A stretch of DNA of 64,000 nucleotides, from assembly GCA_963707955.1 (NCBI GenBank), contig OY970176.1:224001-288000 (forward strand), written 5' to 3'. Under the pieces are notes generated by a model, which saw only the letters and a list, made by a program, of their open reading frames with translations, was not told the DNA's origin and made no database searches. Each line of letters opens with the position of its first letter. Position 1 is the first letter of the stretch. This document shows, piece by piece, positions 1 through 8,971 of this stretch. The stretch comes from Candidatus Bathyarchaeota archaeon (lineage in GTDB: Archaea; Thermoproteota; Bathyarchaeia; Bathyarchaeales; Bathycorpusculaceae). Position numbers and translations under genes: made by a program.

Positions 1-49
1 GCCAGTCAACCTGGTCGTTTATTATCCTGGAACGTTTTGCGGCGACACT

Positions 50-3000
50 TTGGACCTGTTCGTTGGCCTTTCTAGGTCGACCGTTTACGACCCAGAATCA
101 TCTGGCTTCTACGAGTGCACGACGCTGGCGCCGAATATCCAGTGGGCGGGCAACACTTACATGCTTGACTGTGGAGACAACTCAACGCTGATTTACGTCT
201 ACGTAAACGGCTCCGAAACCATCGTCTCCCCTAACCCCCAGTGCTTCTCCACGGTTCAGACTGATCTGAGTCCGTTGGGAAGTGGCGGGTGTCTGAACGT
301 GACCGCATTCGTCAACGGCACAAACCGCTTCGAAGCGAAAACCGTGACCGACATCTTCAACTTGACAGAGACCAACGTTTCCGACGTGCCCTCCGCGGGC
401 AGCGGCAACTTCGATTTGAACTATTCCCTCAGCGTCTCCGACGGTAACGAGACAACCTACTATGACACGCAAAACTCCGTTAACGTCACCGCCTCCCTGT
501 TTGACTCTCCAGTCTACAACGCTTCAGCGACAGTCACCACCGCCAAACTCCTAAGCCGCTCAGCCACCAACAGCACCGGATGGGCATCTATACCCTCAGG
601 CTGCAATTACCTCCGCGTACAATCCGCCTGCCTCCTTCAACCCAACATGGCTTCGCCCCTAGCAGACGTTGACCATAGCGGATTTGTTAACCAGCATGAT
701 GAAATACTTGTAATGGAGCATGAGAACTCGACTATTGGCGATTCACTGTATGATTGGCGCTATGATCTCAACGGCGACGGCGCGATAAACCTGACTGACC
801 AGGATATAGTTACTGCAAGCTCAAACTGGGGCCACAGCATTACGTATTTGGTTGCTGGGAATTGCACTGGTAGCTACAATGCTAATTATGATTTCAGTGG
901 TGTGGAAGTTGATTTTAACACGGGCCAGAGGGCGTACTTGGACAGCCTCGGCTTCACAAGCGTTCCCGCCGGCGCGCAGTGGCTTAACATGTCGATTGGA
1001 GGCGTTGTAGAATTCTTTAATGCTCAACCGGCGCAGAACGCTTCCACCGACAACGTCGGCGTTGCCAGCATAGGCTGGCGTCCAGAGATTGTGGGATTGG
1101 ATGTTGTTCAGGCCAAGCTGCCCTCAACGTTCAACGTGACCGTGTCGAAGTCAGCCTCTCAGCCTAATTACGCGGAGGTGAACGCTTCTTTGAACGTTGC
1201 CAACTACTTCTACGTGCTGAAGAGACCTGTGGACATCACTGTTAACCTGAAACCGCTTAACGCCTCCTATCCTATGGGCGAATCGGGGAACATCACTATG
1301 AGCGAATTGGACCAAGTTACTGGACAACCAGTCCCATATTTGCCCTTCAACCTTAGCGTGTCGAGTCCGAATGGCAATGTGAATGACACTTGGAGTGAAG
1401 AGGGAACTTTTGACGGGTCTGGAACGAATGAGACGGTCTGCCCCATGCAGGGAAACTTTATTTACAACGTTAATGTTTCATGGGCAGACTTTGGGGACAA
1501 CGCTGCAGGCGCTTGCAGCAGCCTTTTCGATTTCAGGTGGCCCACGAACATCACATCGGAAGCTGGCAACGTGACAAACGCCTCAGAAGGCGAAAACGAG
1601 ACTCTCTATTTTCTTCTAACCAACGGCATCAACGGTGCGCGGGTGGGAGGGGAGCCTATCTGCTTCGACGTCAACGGCAGCTATTGCTATTGCAATGGCA
1701 CATCCTGGCCCTTTAGTGGCGTCTACTACGGCACAACCGTAGTGATCGGCGCTGTCGAGTTCAACTGGACGGTGCCGCCCTACGGCAGCGGGACGTACGA
1801 TGTGACTGCCATGTTTAACGGTGACACCAACTATTGCCCCTGCCAAACCAGCATGATCGTCAACGCCAGCGCTGTGCCCCTCGGAGTCTTGTTCAGCGTC
1901 ACACCAGACGAGTTTGAAAACGGAACCAACGTGCTGCTGAACGCCACCATCATAGACCCCTCCACAGGCGCGCCCTTCACAAGCCAGAACGTGAACGTCA
2001 ACTTCTACAACGTGGACTCGAACGGCGTCCAGCAGAAACTAGGCACGAACTCCACCGGCAACACTGGCATGGCCTTTTGGAGCCTGAACTACGCGAGCAA
2101 CGGGAACGCTTACGCCTACAAGGCCGATATAAACGCGGACTCCGTGAGCGGTGTTCTCCGTCAAGGCATCGCCAGCAGCCCAATCCAGCTCACCGTGGGC
2201 AACGCAACCGTGCTCCTGCTGAACGTTTCCCGAGGCATCTCTTCCACAAACCACACGATTGAGAGCCAACTGCTGAGCGATGGCACGGGCGTCCCGAACG
2301 AGACCGTGACCATCACCGTTAACGGCCAATCTTTTCAGAACAAGACAGACCCGAACGGCTACTTCAACGTGTCCATCGACCTCGAACCTGAATGCCCCAA
2401 CGGCACTACCGCGTACCAGAACGTTACCTACACGATAACAGCCAGCTTCGCAGGCGATAATCCCTCCAACGCCACCGCCTACGACAACACGCTAGACGGC
2501 TCCAGCTACGCCGAGTGCACTACCACACAGTACTGCTACGAACCCAGCACCAACACCACAGCACTAACTGTAAACCCACAGTCCACGCAGGCGACGACTG
2601 CGACAGAGACGCCTAAGCAGATGCAGCAGGATGCAAAAAGTAACGGATGCCTCAGCGTCTACAGCGAGTGGAGCTGGTGGTACCCCTGGTACCGATTGCA
2701 TTTCAAAATAACCATAAGCGACCCAACCACAATTGATGTTGGCGTTTCGTTTCTTCCAGGCGGGAGTACGCAGTCTAGTAAAGGACTGGGAATCTTCAAC
2801 CAGCTCGACGAAGAATTCGTTAAGTCGTTTGTAATAGATACGGGAACTTTGATGGGGGAATACGCATTGGCAAAAATCGGTTTTTGGTTCGGACAACCAT
2901 GGGTTGTAGCTGGAGCCTTTGTTGCTGAGGTTGCTGAAGATGGTTTTATATTAGGGTATTTTTGGAACAACGGGGGCGAGTTGCTTGCATTCGGAATAGT

Positions 3001-3223
3001 TAATATTATCATGGGCTTACTTGCAACTCAAGGAAATTTCGCGGCGAGCTTCTTGAACCTGTTGACCATGGTGACTACGGCGACGATGGCAGCCTTGCTG
3101 CTCATAACTACCGGTGCAATAGCGTCAGGAGGGTCATATATGTGGAACCCTGTTAACCCGTTTCAGGTTGGGTTGTCTTTTGCTTGTGCTGCTTTGGCTC
3201 TCGGTAGGTGGGCAGGACTGTGA
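50..3223 (+). CDS. Very large secreted/surface glycoprotein, probably 5'-truncated by the window: dockerin-like duplicated Ca-loop, Ig-like repeats, WWYPWYRLH motif, hydrophobic C-terminal domain
   Basis: 1057-aa ORF with no obvious signal peptide, and the frame is open back to the window edge. Very many N-x-S/T sequons. DVDHSGFVNQHD...DLNGDGAINLTD dockerin-type loops at ~660-815. Ig-like 'TITVNG..TD.NGYF..Y.ITASFAGD' repeats. Last ~150 aa contain several hydrophobic helices. Confidence 0.8.
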   Translation: MDLFVGLSRSTVYDPESSGFYECTTLAPNIQWAGNTYMLDCGDNSTLIYVYVNGSETIVSPNPQCFSTVQTDLSPLGSGGCLNVTAFVNGTNRFEAKTVTDIFNLTETNVSDVPSAGSGNFDLNYSLSVSDGNETTYYDTQNSVNVTASLFDSPVYNASATVTTAKLLSRSATNSTGWASIPSGCNYLRVQSACLLQPNMASPLADVDHSGFVNQHDEILVMEHENSTIGDSLYDWRYDLNGDGAINLTDQDIVTASSNWGHSITYLVAGNCTGSYNANYDFSGVEVDFNTGQRAYLDSLGFTSVPAGAQWLNMSIGGVVEFFNAQPAQNASTDNVGVASIGWRPEIVGLDVVQAKLPSTFNVTVSKSASQPNYAEVNASLNVANYFYVLKRPVDITVNLKPLNASYPMGESGNITMSELDQVTGQPVPYLPFNLSVSSPNGNVNDTWSEEGTFDGSGTNETVCPMQGNFIYNVNVSWADFGDNAAGACSSLFDFRWPTNITSEAGNVTNASEGENETLYFLLTNGINGARVGGEPICFDVNGSYCYCNGTSWPFSGVYYGTTVVIGAVEFNWTVPPYGSGTYDVTAMFNGDTNYCPCQTSMIVNASAVPLGVLFSVTPDEFENGTNVLLNATIIDPSTGAPFTSQNVNVNFYNVDSNGVQQKLGTNSTGNTGMAFWSLNYASNGNAYAYKADINADSVSGVLRQGIASSPIQLTVGNATVLLLNVSRGISSTNHTIESQLLSDGTGVPNETVTITVNGQSFQNKTDPNGYFNVSIDLEPECPNGTTAYQNVTYTITASFAGDNPSNATAYDNTLDGSSYAECTTTQYCYEPSTNTTALTVNPQSTQATTATETPKQMQQDAKSNGCLSVYSEWSWWYPWYRLHFKITISDPTTIDVGVSFLPGGSTQSSKGLGIFNQLDEEFVKSFVIDTGTLMGEYALAKIGFWFGQPWVVAGAFVAEVAEDGFILGYFWNNGGELLAFGIVNIIMGLLATQGNFAASFLNLLTMVTTATMAALLLITTGAIASGGSYMWNPVNPFQVGLSFACAALALGRWAGL
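2161..2704 (+). repeat. Direct repeat copy 1 (~544 bp; copy 2 at 4811-5354)
   Basis: tcaaggcatcgccagcagcccaatccagct vs tcaaggcgtcgccagcagcccagtccagct; shared ccacacgattgagagccaactgctgagcga and gccaccgcctacgacaacacgctagacgg. Confidence 0.95.
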
Positions 3224-3227
3224 TAGG

Positions 3228-3680
3228 GTGAGCGAGGCTGAATTGACGCTTGAAGAAAGAAACCATCTGTACACGCTGTGCGGTATGATGCTTCTCGTGG
3301 TGTCTTTTTCATTCTTAGCGTGGTTACTCTTTTTTGAGCAATCCAATTTTACGCGAGGCGGATGGAGCATGTTTATCTGGTTTGGGCTGCCTTACAGCAT
3401 CATCGGACCGACATCCTTTTTCCTAGCTTACGAGGCCTTTTACCCTAGAAGACTCAGAAGATCACACATGTTTCACCTGAAAAGATTTTTCCGCCGTACG
3501 CTCAGTTTGGCAGCCGTAATGGTGTCCTTCCCTGCAACTGTGTCTTTTTCTGAGGTCGCATTTTCCAAAACGTTGGGGAGCGAAGCTTTGTATCCAGGCA
3601 TGGTTTTGTGGGTTTTTGTGTTTTTTGCCGCTGTCCTTCTGTGGCTGAGGCGACAAAATTCGAGAAGTCCTAAATGGTGA
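3228..3680 (+). CDS. Small 4-TM membrane protein, candidate immunity partner
   Basis: GTG 4 nt after the stop of the upstream giant ORF; about four hydrophobic segments. Confidence 0.7.
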   Translation: MSEAELTLEERNHLYTLCGMMLLVVSFSFLAWLLFFEQSNFTRGGWSMFIWFGLPYSIIGPTSFFLAYEAFYPRRLRRSHMFHLKRFFRRTLSLAAVMVSFPATVSFSEVAFSKTLGSEALYPGMVLWVFVFFAAVLLWLRRQNSRSPKW

Positions 3681-3759
3681 AAACGATAGAATCAAACTTT
3701 AGCGTGTGCTAATCTTGTTTCCTTGCCTTTTGGTGCGTGTGATATCTCTCTCTGTCTCT

Positions 3760-4172
3760 CTATCTATGTCTAAGTAGTTGTCTGAGGCCATGCTTCTTTA
3801 ACAGTTGATTGTATCCTTCAAGCTTTGCGAGGACGATCTCTTTAGCAACCTGCAAGCCTTTCCCATTCTTCAGAGCTTTATACTGAGAGATCCGCGTTTT
3901 GACATTGCTGCCATCATCGAAACTTCTTAAGACTGCAACCGGATTACGGTTCTGCGTGAATATGTGAACCGATATGTTCCAGAATCCACCACAAGCAAGC
4001 GCTCCGGAGCTAATCAAGTTTTCATTTTTAACCTGTATCTCTGAAATCGCCTGTTCAAACATGGGATACTTTTCTGTCTTGCCGATTCTATCTTTCACGA
4101 CTGGACATCCTTTTGCATCCAGAGATATGAGCCGTAGCCGTTTAATGCGAGCTTTACGGTTTTGGTCTTCAT
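3760..4172 (-). pseudogene. cas1: cas1 (solo-type) N-terminal fragment, frameshifted and truncated
   Basis: Joined frames read MKTKTVKLALNGYGSYLWMQ/KGCPVVKD..YPMFE..ISSGALACGGFWNISVHIFTQNRNPVAVLRSFDD..TRISQYKAL..VAKEIVLAKLEG, resembling the Cas1 N-terminal beta domain and first helices. The catalytic C-terminal half is absent. Confidence 0.75.
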
Positions 4173-4290
4173 CTTTAGCCTCTCTAATTATAATAAGGCT
4201 GAAATGTGGTTAATACACCTAGATAGAATAATCTTCCAGAAGCCATATCATGCAGAAATCTTAAATCAGCACAGCAACAGAGAACAAACT

Positions 4291-4690
4291 ATGAGTGTGG
4301 ACAATGATTCTAGCAAGCCAACAAAGGAGCGCGCGCGCTAGACTGGGATTAAGAAGAGCGCGTTGTCCTCTCTGTGGAGAAGAATTGCCTACTTACTCCG
4401 ACTATCAACAGCATGTGAAGACGAGGCATTATAATTTTTTATCTTGAATCGAGAAAAGGAACGAAAACCATGATATTGGCTGTTGCGTTAATGGCGGTTC
4501 TTACAACATCGTATGTAACGTATTTTATGAAACAACCATTGAGCCTTCTCAGTTCCTTGTTATTGTTCTCATGATAATTAGCATTGGAGCTGCTTTCTAC
4601 GTTATATGCCGACAACTACTTCTCTTTCAGAAATACAAAGAGACTCTAGACTTACCCAATAATTCTTTAGCTGTGATAAAGGATTCCTAG
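4291..4690 (+). pseudogene. Degraded C2H2 zinc-finger plus transmembrane protein
   Basis: CPLCGEELPTYSDYQQHVKTRH (C-x2-C-x12-H-x4-H) at ~4364-4429, followed by hydrophobic segments broken by stops and frameshifts. Confidence 0.5.
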
Positions 4691-4810
4691 AGAACCACTC
4701 GCTCGGGGCCTGAATTTCATTGACATAACTGGAGTTGCCTTTGATTTCGTGCATTTCTGGCCATCGTTCGTTCCTTCACGGAGGGAAATCGTCCTAAGAA
4801 ACCCTCAAAC

Positions 4811-5457
4811 TCAAGGCGTCGCCAGCAGCCCAGTCCAGCTTACCGTAGCCAAGCCCACCGTGCTCCTGCTCAACGTTTCCCGAGCCAACTCTTCCATAAA
4901 CCACACGATTGAGAGCCAACTGCTGAGCGACGGCACAGGCGTCTCAAACGAGAACGTGGCCATCACCGTTAACGGCGAATCCTTCCAGAACACGACAGAC
5001 CAGAACGGCTACTTCAACCTGTCCCTTGACCTCCAACCAAAATGCCCCAATGGTCAAACCTCGTACCAGAACGTCACCTACACGATAACATCCAGCTTCG
5101 CAGGTGACCACCCCACCAACGCCACCGCCTACGACAACACGCTAGACGGAGAACAGTACGCAGCGTGCACAACCATTCAGTACGGCTACGAACCCAGCAG
5201 CAACACTACGGTACTGACCGTAACCCCACAATCAACATTAACAACGATGCTAACCGAAACGCCTGAAGAGATGCAGAAGCAAGAAGAGCAGAATGGAACT
5301 CTGAAGATTTACAACGAGTAGAGCTAGTGGTATCCATGGTACAGACTGCACTTTGTTGGGAATGGAATGGACAAACTCTGATTATAGTCGGTATTGCGGC
5401 TTTGCGATTTGCCGATATAGGTTATCTTCTAGACTCGCCTTTGAAGGAAGAATGAAA
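4811..5457 (+). pseudogene. Orphan C-terminal cassette homologous to 2161-2704 of the giant surface protein, with a different degraded tip
   Basis: Gap-free colinear copy at offset 2650 nt. It reads E*S*WYPWYRLHF where the full gene has EWSWWYPWYRLHF, and it lacks the N-terminal domains. Confidence 0.85.
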
Positions 5458-5495
5458 GAGTGGCTCGGAAGCGCTCTCTTCTCTTATTCCACAAA

Positions 5496-6938
5496 TCAAG
5501 ATGTGCCTATTTCTTTCTTGAATACTTCCCCTAAGTCTTTTCCCCAGTTATCTAGGGCTTTGAGCTTTCCAAGGAAAAACCTGAGCACTGGCGGTTCGGA
5601 CACGAACTTCAAACCTTTCACTAGGTCTCTGTGCGTGTAAAGCCATTTTATCCTGTCAACTGCGTAGTCGATGTGCGACACCGTGTAGACTCTTCTGGGC
5701 AATGCGATTCTTGTTAGTTCTATGTCGGCAAAGACTTCTTTTCCTTCCTTGTTCCTGTCCATTGAAATTGTGCCTCTTTCCATGCTTCTTATTCCTGAGG
5801 CAATGTAAAGTCCGGCTGCGAGTGCTCCTGCTGGATATTGCGACTGAGGTATGTTTGGCAGAAACTTCATCGCGTCGAGATGGCATGCCAATCCGCCTGG
5901 CGGCGTGACTACTGGGATTCCAGCCTTGACAAGCTTGTTGACGAAGTATTTGATCTGTTCGACTGCGCAGCCTGCGACGTCTGGGTCTACCATTTCCCTC
6001 ATTCCGACGGCCATTGCGCCGACTTCTCTCATCGACATGCCGCCGTACGTGAAGAACCCTTCGTACACTGGGAGCCACGGTTGTATCTGCTCGAACAGTT
6101 TCTGATTGTTGGTTGCTATGCAGCCGCCTCTGACGCAGGTGTTTTTTCTTCCGCTCATATAATAAATGTCTGCGATGCTGCACATCTCTTTGACTATTTC
6201 CGCGACTGTCTTGTTCTCGTATGCTTTCTCTCGCTGTCTTATGAGGTAGGCGTTTTCACAGATCAGACTTCCGTCTATGACGAGAAGCAAGTCGTTCTCG
6301 GTGCAGATCTGTTTGATCTCCTTCAGGTTCTTCATCGAGAACGGTTGTCCACCGATCAGGTTGGTCGTTGCTTCCATTCGCACAAAGCCAATCTTGTCCT
6401 TGCCGTATTTCTTGATGACGTTCCTGAGCTTCTGCGGGTCCATACATCCTTTGAAGAGGTTTGTGCTCTCGGTTTTCAACGCATCATCATAATAGATCTC
6501 TAGAACCTGCATGCCTTGGAGCTCAATGTGAGCTTTCGTGGTCGTGAAGTGGTAGTTCGTGGGGATAACGCCGTCCGGTTTGGCGAAAACCTTTGCCAGG
6601 AGATGTTCCGCCGCTCTGCCTTGATGCACGTTCATCACGTACTTGTATCCAAGGACGTCTTCAACTGCTTTGGCAAACTCATAGAAAGTCATGCTGCCAG
6701 CGTAAGCATCATCAACTCTCATCATGCCAGCGAACTGGTTGTCGCTCATAGCGTTTACGCCGCTGTCCGTGAGCATGTCCAGAAATATGTCCTTAGTTTT
6801 AAGCAGGAACGTGTTGTAACCGGCCTCTTCGATGGCTCTGAGCCGTTGGTCAACAGGAACTAACTGGACTTTTTGCACCATTCTGGCCTTGTGCATCTCA
6901 ATCGGAATTTCCTCGCCTGAAGAAAGTCTGATAGACAT
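5496..6938 (-). CDS. tpl: Tyrosine phenol-lyase / tryptophanase family PLP beta-eliminating lyase with TPL-type residues
   Basis: LTDSG, DDAYAGS, HQGRAAE, PLP-Lys motif SGRKN; FTTT, RSMERG and LRFF match TPL rather than TnaA. Confidence 0.8.
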   Translation of the reverse strand: MSIRLSSGEEIPIEMHKARMVQKVQLVPVDQRLRAIEEAGYNTFLLKTKDIFLDMLTDSGVNAMSDNQFAGMMRVDDAYAGSMTFYEFAKAVEDVLGYKYVMNVHQGRAAEHLLAKVFAKPDGVIPTNYHFTTTKAHIELQGMQVLEIYYDDALKTESTNLFKGCMDPQKLRNVIKKYGKDKIGFVRMEATTNLIGGQPFSMKNLKEIKQICTENDLLLVIDGSLICENAYLIRQREKAYENKTVAEIVKEMCSIADIYYMSGRKNTCVRGGCIATNNQKLFEQIQPWLPVYEGFFTYGGMSMREVGAMAVGMREMVDPDVAGCAVEQIKYFVNKLVKAGIPVVTPPGGLACHLDAMKFLPNIPQSQYPAGALAAGLYIASGIRSMERGTISMDRNKEGKEVFADIELTRIALPRRVYTVSHIDYAVDRIKWLYTHRDLVKGLKFVSEPPVLRFFLGKLKALDNWGKDLGEVFKKEIGTS

Positions 6939-7090
6939 AATGGAAACCTCAAGAGTTTGCTCTTATCACGTTTACGTTTTTATAATCCTTTCGGTCTAAC
7001 ATTCTTGTTCGATCATCGTCAATTTTCTCACCAAAAGCTATATGTGAAAGGTTAAGACTGTGAGGATTTTCAACAAGTCTGAGGAGAAGT

Positions 7091-8971
7091 TTGTTGCCTG
7101 ATTCGAAAGTCTTGCTGCAGGACAAGCCGGGAAAACGGGTGCTCCTGCTAGGCAATGAGGCCATTGCCCGAGGGATTCTCGAGGCAGGGATAGGTGTTGT
7201 GACCACATACCCCGGTACACCCGCGTCTGAGATAGGCGACTCCGTGTCGGAAATCGCTTCTGAAGCCGGTGTGTACATGGAGTACTCCGTCAACGAAATG
7301 GTTGCGGTCGAGGTCGGTGCCGGAGCTGCAAGCTGTGGAGTGAGAGCTCTCGCAGCAATGAAGCATGTTGGGCTCAACGTGGCCGCCGACATGGTCATGA
7401 CGTTGGCTTATACCGGTGTAAGAGCAGGCTACGTCATCGTCACGGCAGACGACCCTGAGTGTTACAGCTCCCAGAATGAGCAGGACAACCGCTTCTACGC
7501 GCTGCTTTCAAACCTGCCGTGCTTGGAGCCTTCCGACCCTCAAGAAGCGAAGGACATGACTGTCTCAGCCATCGAGATATCCGAAAAACTCGAGTTGCCA
7601 GTGCTCCTGAGAACCACAACGCGCGTGAGCCACACTCGCGGACCAGTCGAGTACAAAAGCATCGTGAAACCAAACCTACAGGGCAATTTCATCAGAGACG
7701 TGCAGCGTTTGGTGATGGTGCCAGCGTTTTCGAGGCCGAAGCACGAAGTGCTCTTGAGACAGGCCGCAAAGGCAAAGGAAATCAGTGATGCATCTCCCTA
7801 CAACAGAGTTGTCAAGAAAGGCAAAGAATTCGGCATTATATCCTCAGGCGCGGCTTACAACTACGCGGTTGAAGCAGCAAACCTGCTGAGCCTGGACGCG
7901 GGCATTCTGAAACTCGGGATGACGCATCCGCTTCCAGAAAAAATGATCGGACGATTCTTGAAAGCCTTCGACAAAATCGTCATCGTCGAAGAGCTTGAAC
8001 CATACTTGGAAATGCAGGTCAAAGCAATAGCTAAGGATCACGCGCCAATCGTCGAAATATTCGGAAAAATGGTCAAGCAATTCTTTCCGAATGAAGGAGA
8101 GCTTTCAACTCGCATAGTCGCAGCAGGTTTGGCTAAGATAACGGGCAGAAAGCTGCCGATAGATTTCCAAAGGATCAGTGAAAAATATGCTGAAGCCACC
8201 AGAGACTTGCCTTCCAGACCGCCAATACTCTGCGCTGGCTGTCCGCACAGAGCATCCTTCTACGTGTTGAGAAGAGTTGGAGGAGACAAGGCACTCTACT
8301 CAACCGACATAGGTTGCTACGCTTTGGGAACCGCGCCGCCGTTGAACGTTGGAGACATCATGACGTGCATGGGTGCAAGCATAGGCACTGCTCAAGGAAT
8401 GAGCAAAGCGACAGGCAGAGAAACCATTGCGATCATCGGAGACTCGACGTTTTTCCACGCGGGAATTCCTGGCCTGGTGAACGCTGTTTATAACAAGAGC
8501 AAGGTCCTCACAGTGGTTCTGGACAATCTTGCAACAGCGATGACCGGGCATCAGCCGCATCCTGGGACAGGCATGACTGGAATGCACGCTTCAACGGAGA
8601 GAATTCTCATTGAAAACGTCGCTGAAGGATGTGGCGTCAAATACGTCAAGGTGGTGGACCCGTTCAAAACAAAAGAAGCTGCTGCAGTGTTGAGAGAGGC
8701 CCTGCAACAACCTGGGCCTTCAGTTGTCGTTTTCCGGGCTCCCTGCACTTTGATGGCCGTCAAGGAGAAGAGGCAGAGAGGAATCAAAGTCGAGCCGACC
8801 AGAATCACTGATAAATGCACGAACTGCATGGCCTGCATCAAACTTCTAGGCTGTCCAGCCATTGTCGTTGAAGAGGGAAAGGTGAAAATCGACGAAGACT
8901 CTTGCACTGCCTGTGGACTTTGCATTTCGGTTTGTCCCTACGGCGCCATAGAAGGAAGCTGTGCAGAATGA
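7091..8971 (+). CDS. iorA: Indolepyruvate:ferredoxin oxidoreductase alpha subunit
   Basis: GNEAIARG, YPGTP, MKHVGLNVAAD, CAGCPHR, DIGCY, GDSTFFH, C-terminal 2x[4Fe-4S]. Confidence 0.95.
   Translation: MLPDSKVLLQDKPGKRVLLLGNEAIARGILEAGIGVVTTYPGTPASEIGDSVSEIASEAGVYMEYSVNEMVAVEVGAGAASCGVRALAAMKHVGLNVAADMVMTLAYTGVRAGYVIVTADDPECYSSQNEQDNRFYALLSNLPCLEPSDPQEAKDMTVSAIEISEKLELPVLLRTTTRVSHTRGPVEYKSIVKPNLQGNFIRDVQRLVMVPAFSRPKHEVLLRQAAKAKEISDASPYNRVVKKGKEFGIISSGAAYNYAVEAANLLSLDAGILKLGMTHPLPEKMIGRFLKAFDKIVIVEELEPYLEMQVKAIAKDHAPIVEIFGKMVKQFFPNEGELSTRIVAAGLAKITGRKLPIDFQRISEKYAEATRDLPSRPPILCAGCPHRASFYVLRRVGGDKALYSTDIGCYALGTAPPLNVGDIMTCMGASIGTAQGMSKATGRETIAIIGDSTFFHAGIPGLVNAVYNKSKVLTVVLDNLATAMTGHQPHPGTGMTGMHASTERILIENVAEGCGVKYVKVVDPFKTKEAAAVLREALQQPGPSVVVFRAPCTLMAVKEKRQRGIKVEPTRITDKCTNCMACIKLLGCPAIVVEEGKVKIDEDSCTACGLCISVCPYGAIEGSCAE

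Noticed and set aside
3680-4800. CRISPR array near cas1
   Set aside because: No regularly spaced 24-47-bp repeats were seen here or elsewhere in the window.
2161-5354. Diversity-generating retroelement TR/VR pair
   Set aside because: Mismatches between the two copies involve all bases and many third codon positions rather than being adenine-specific. The repeat is too long and no reverse transcriptase is in the window.
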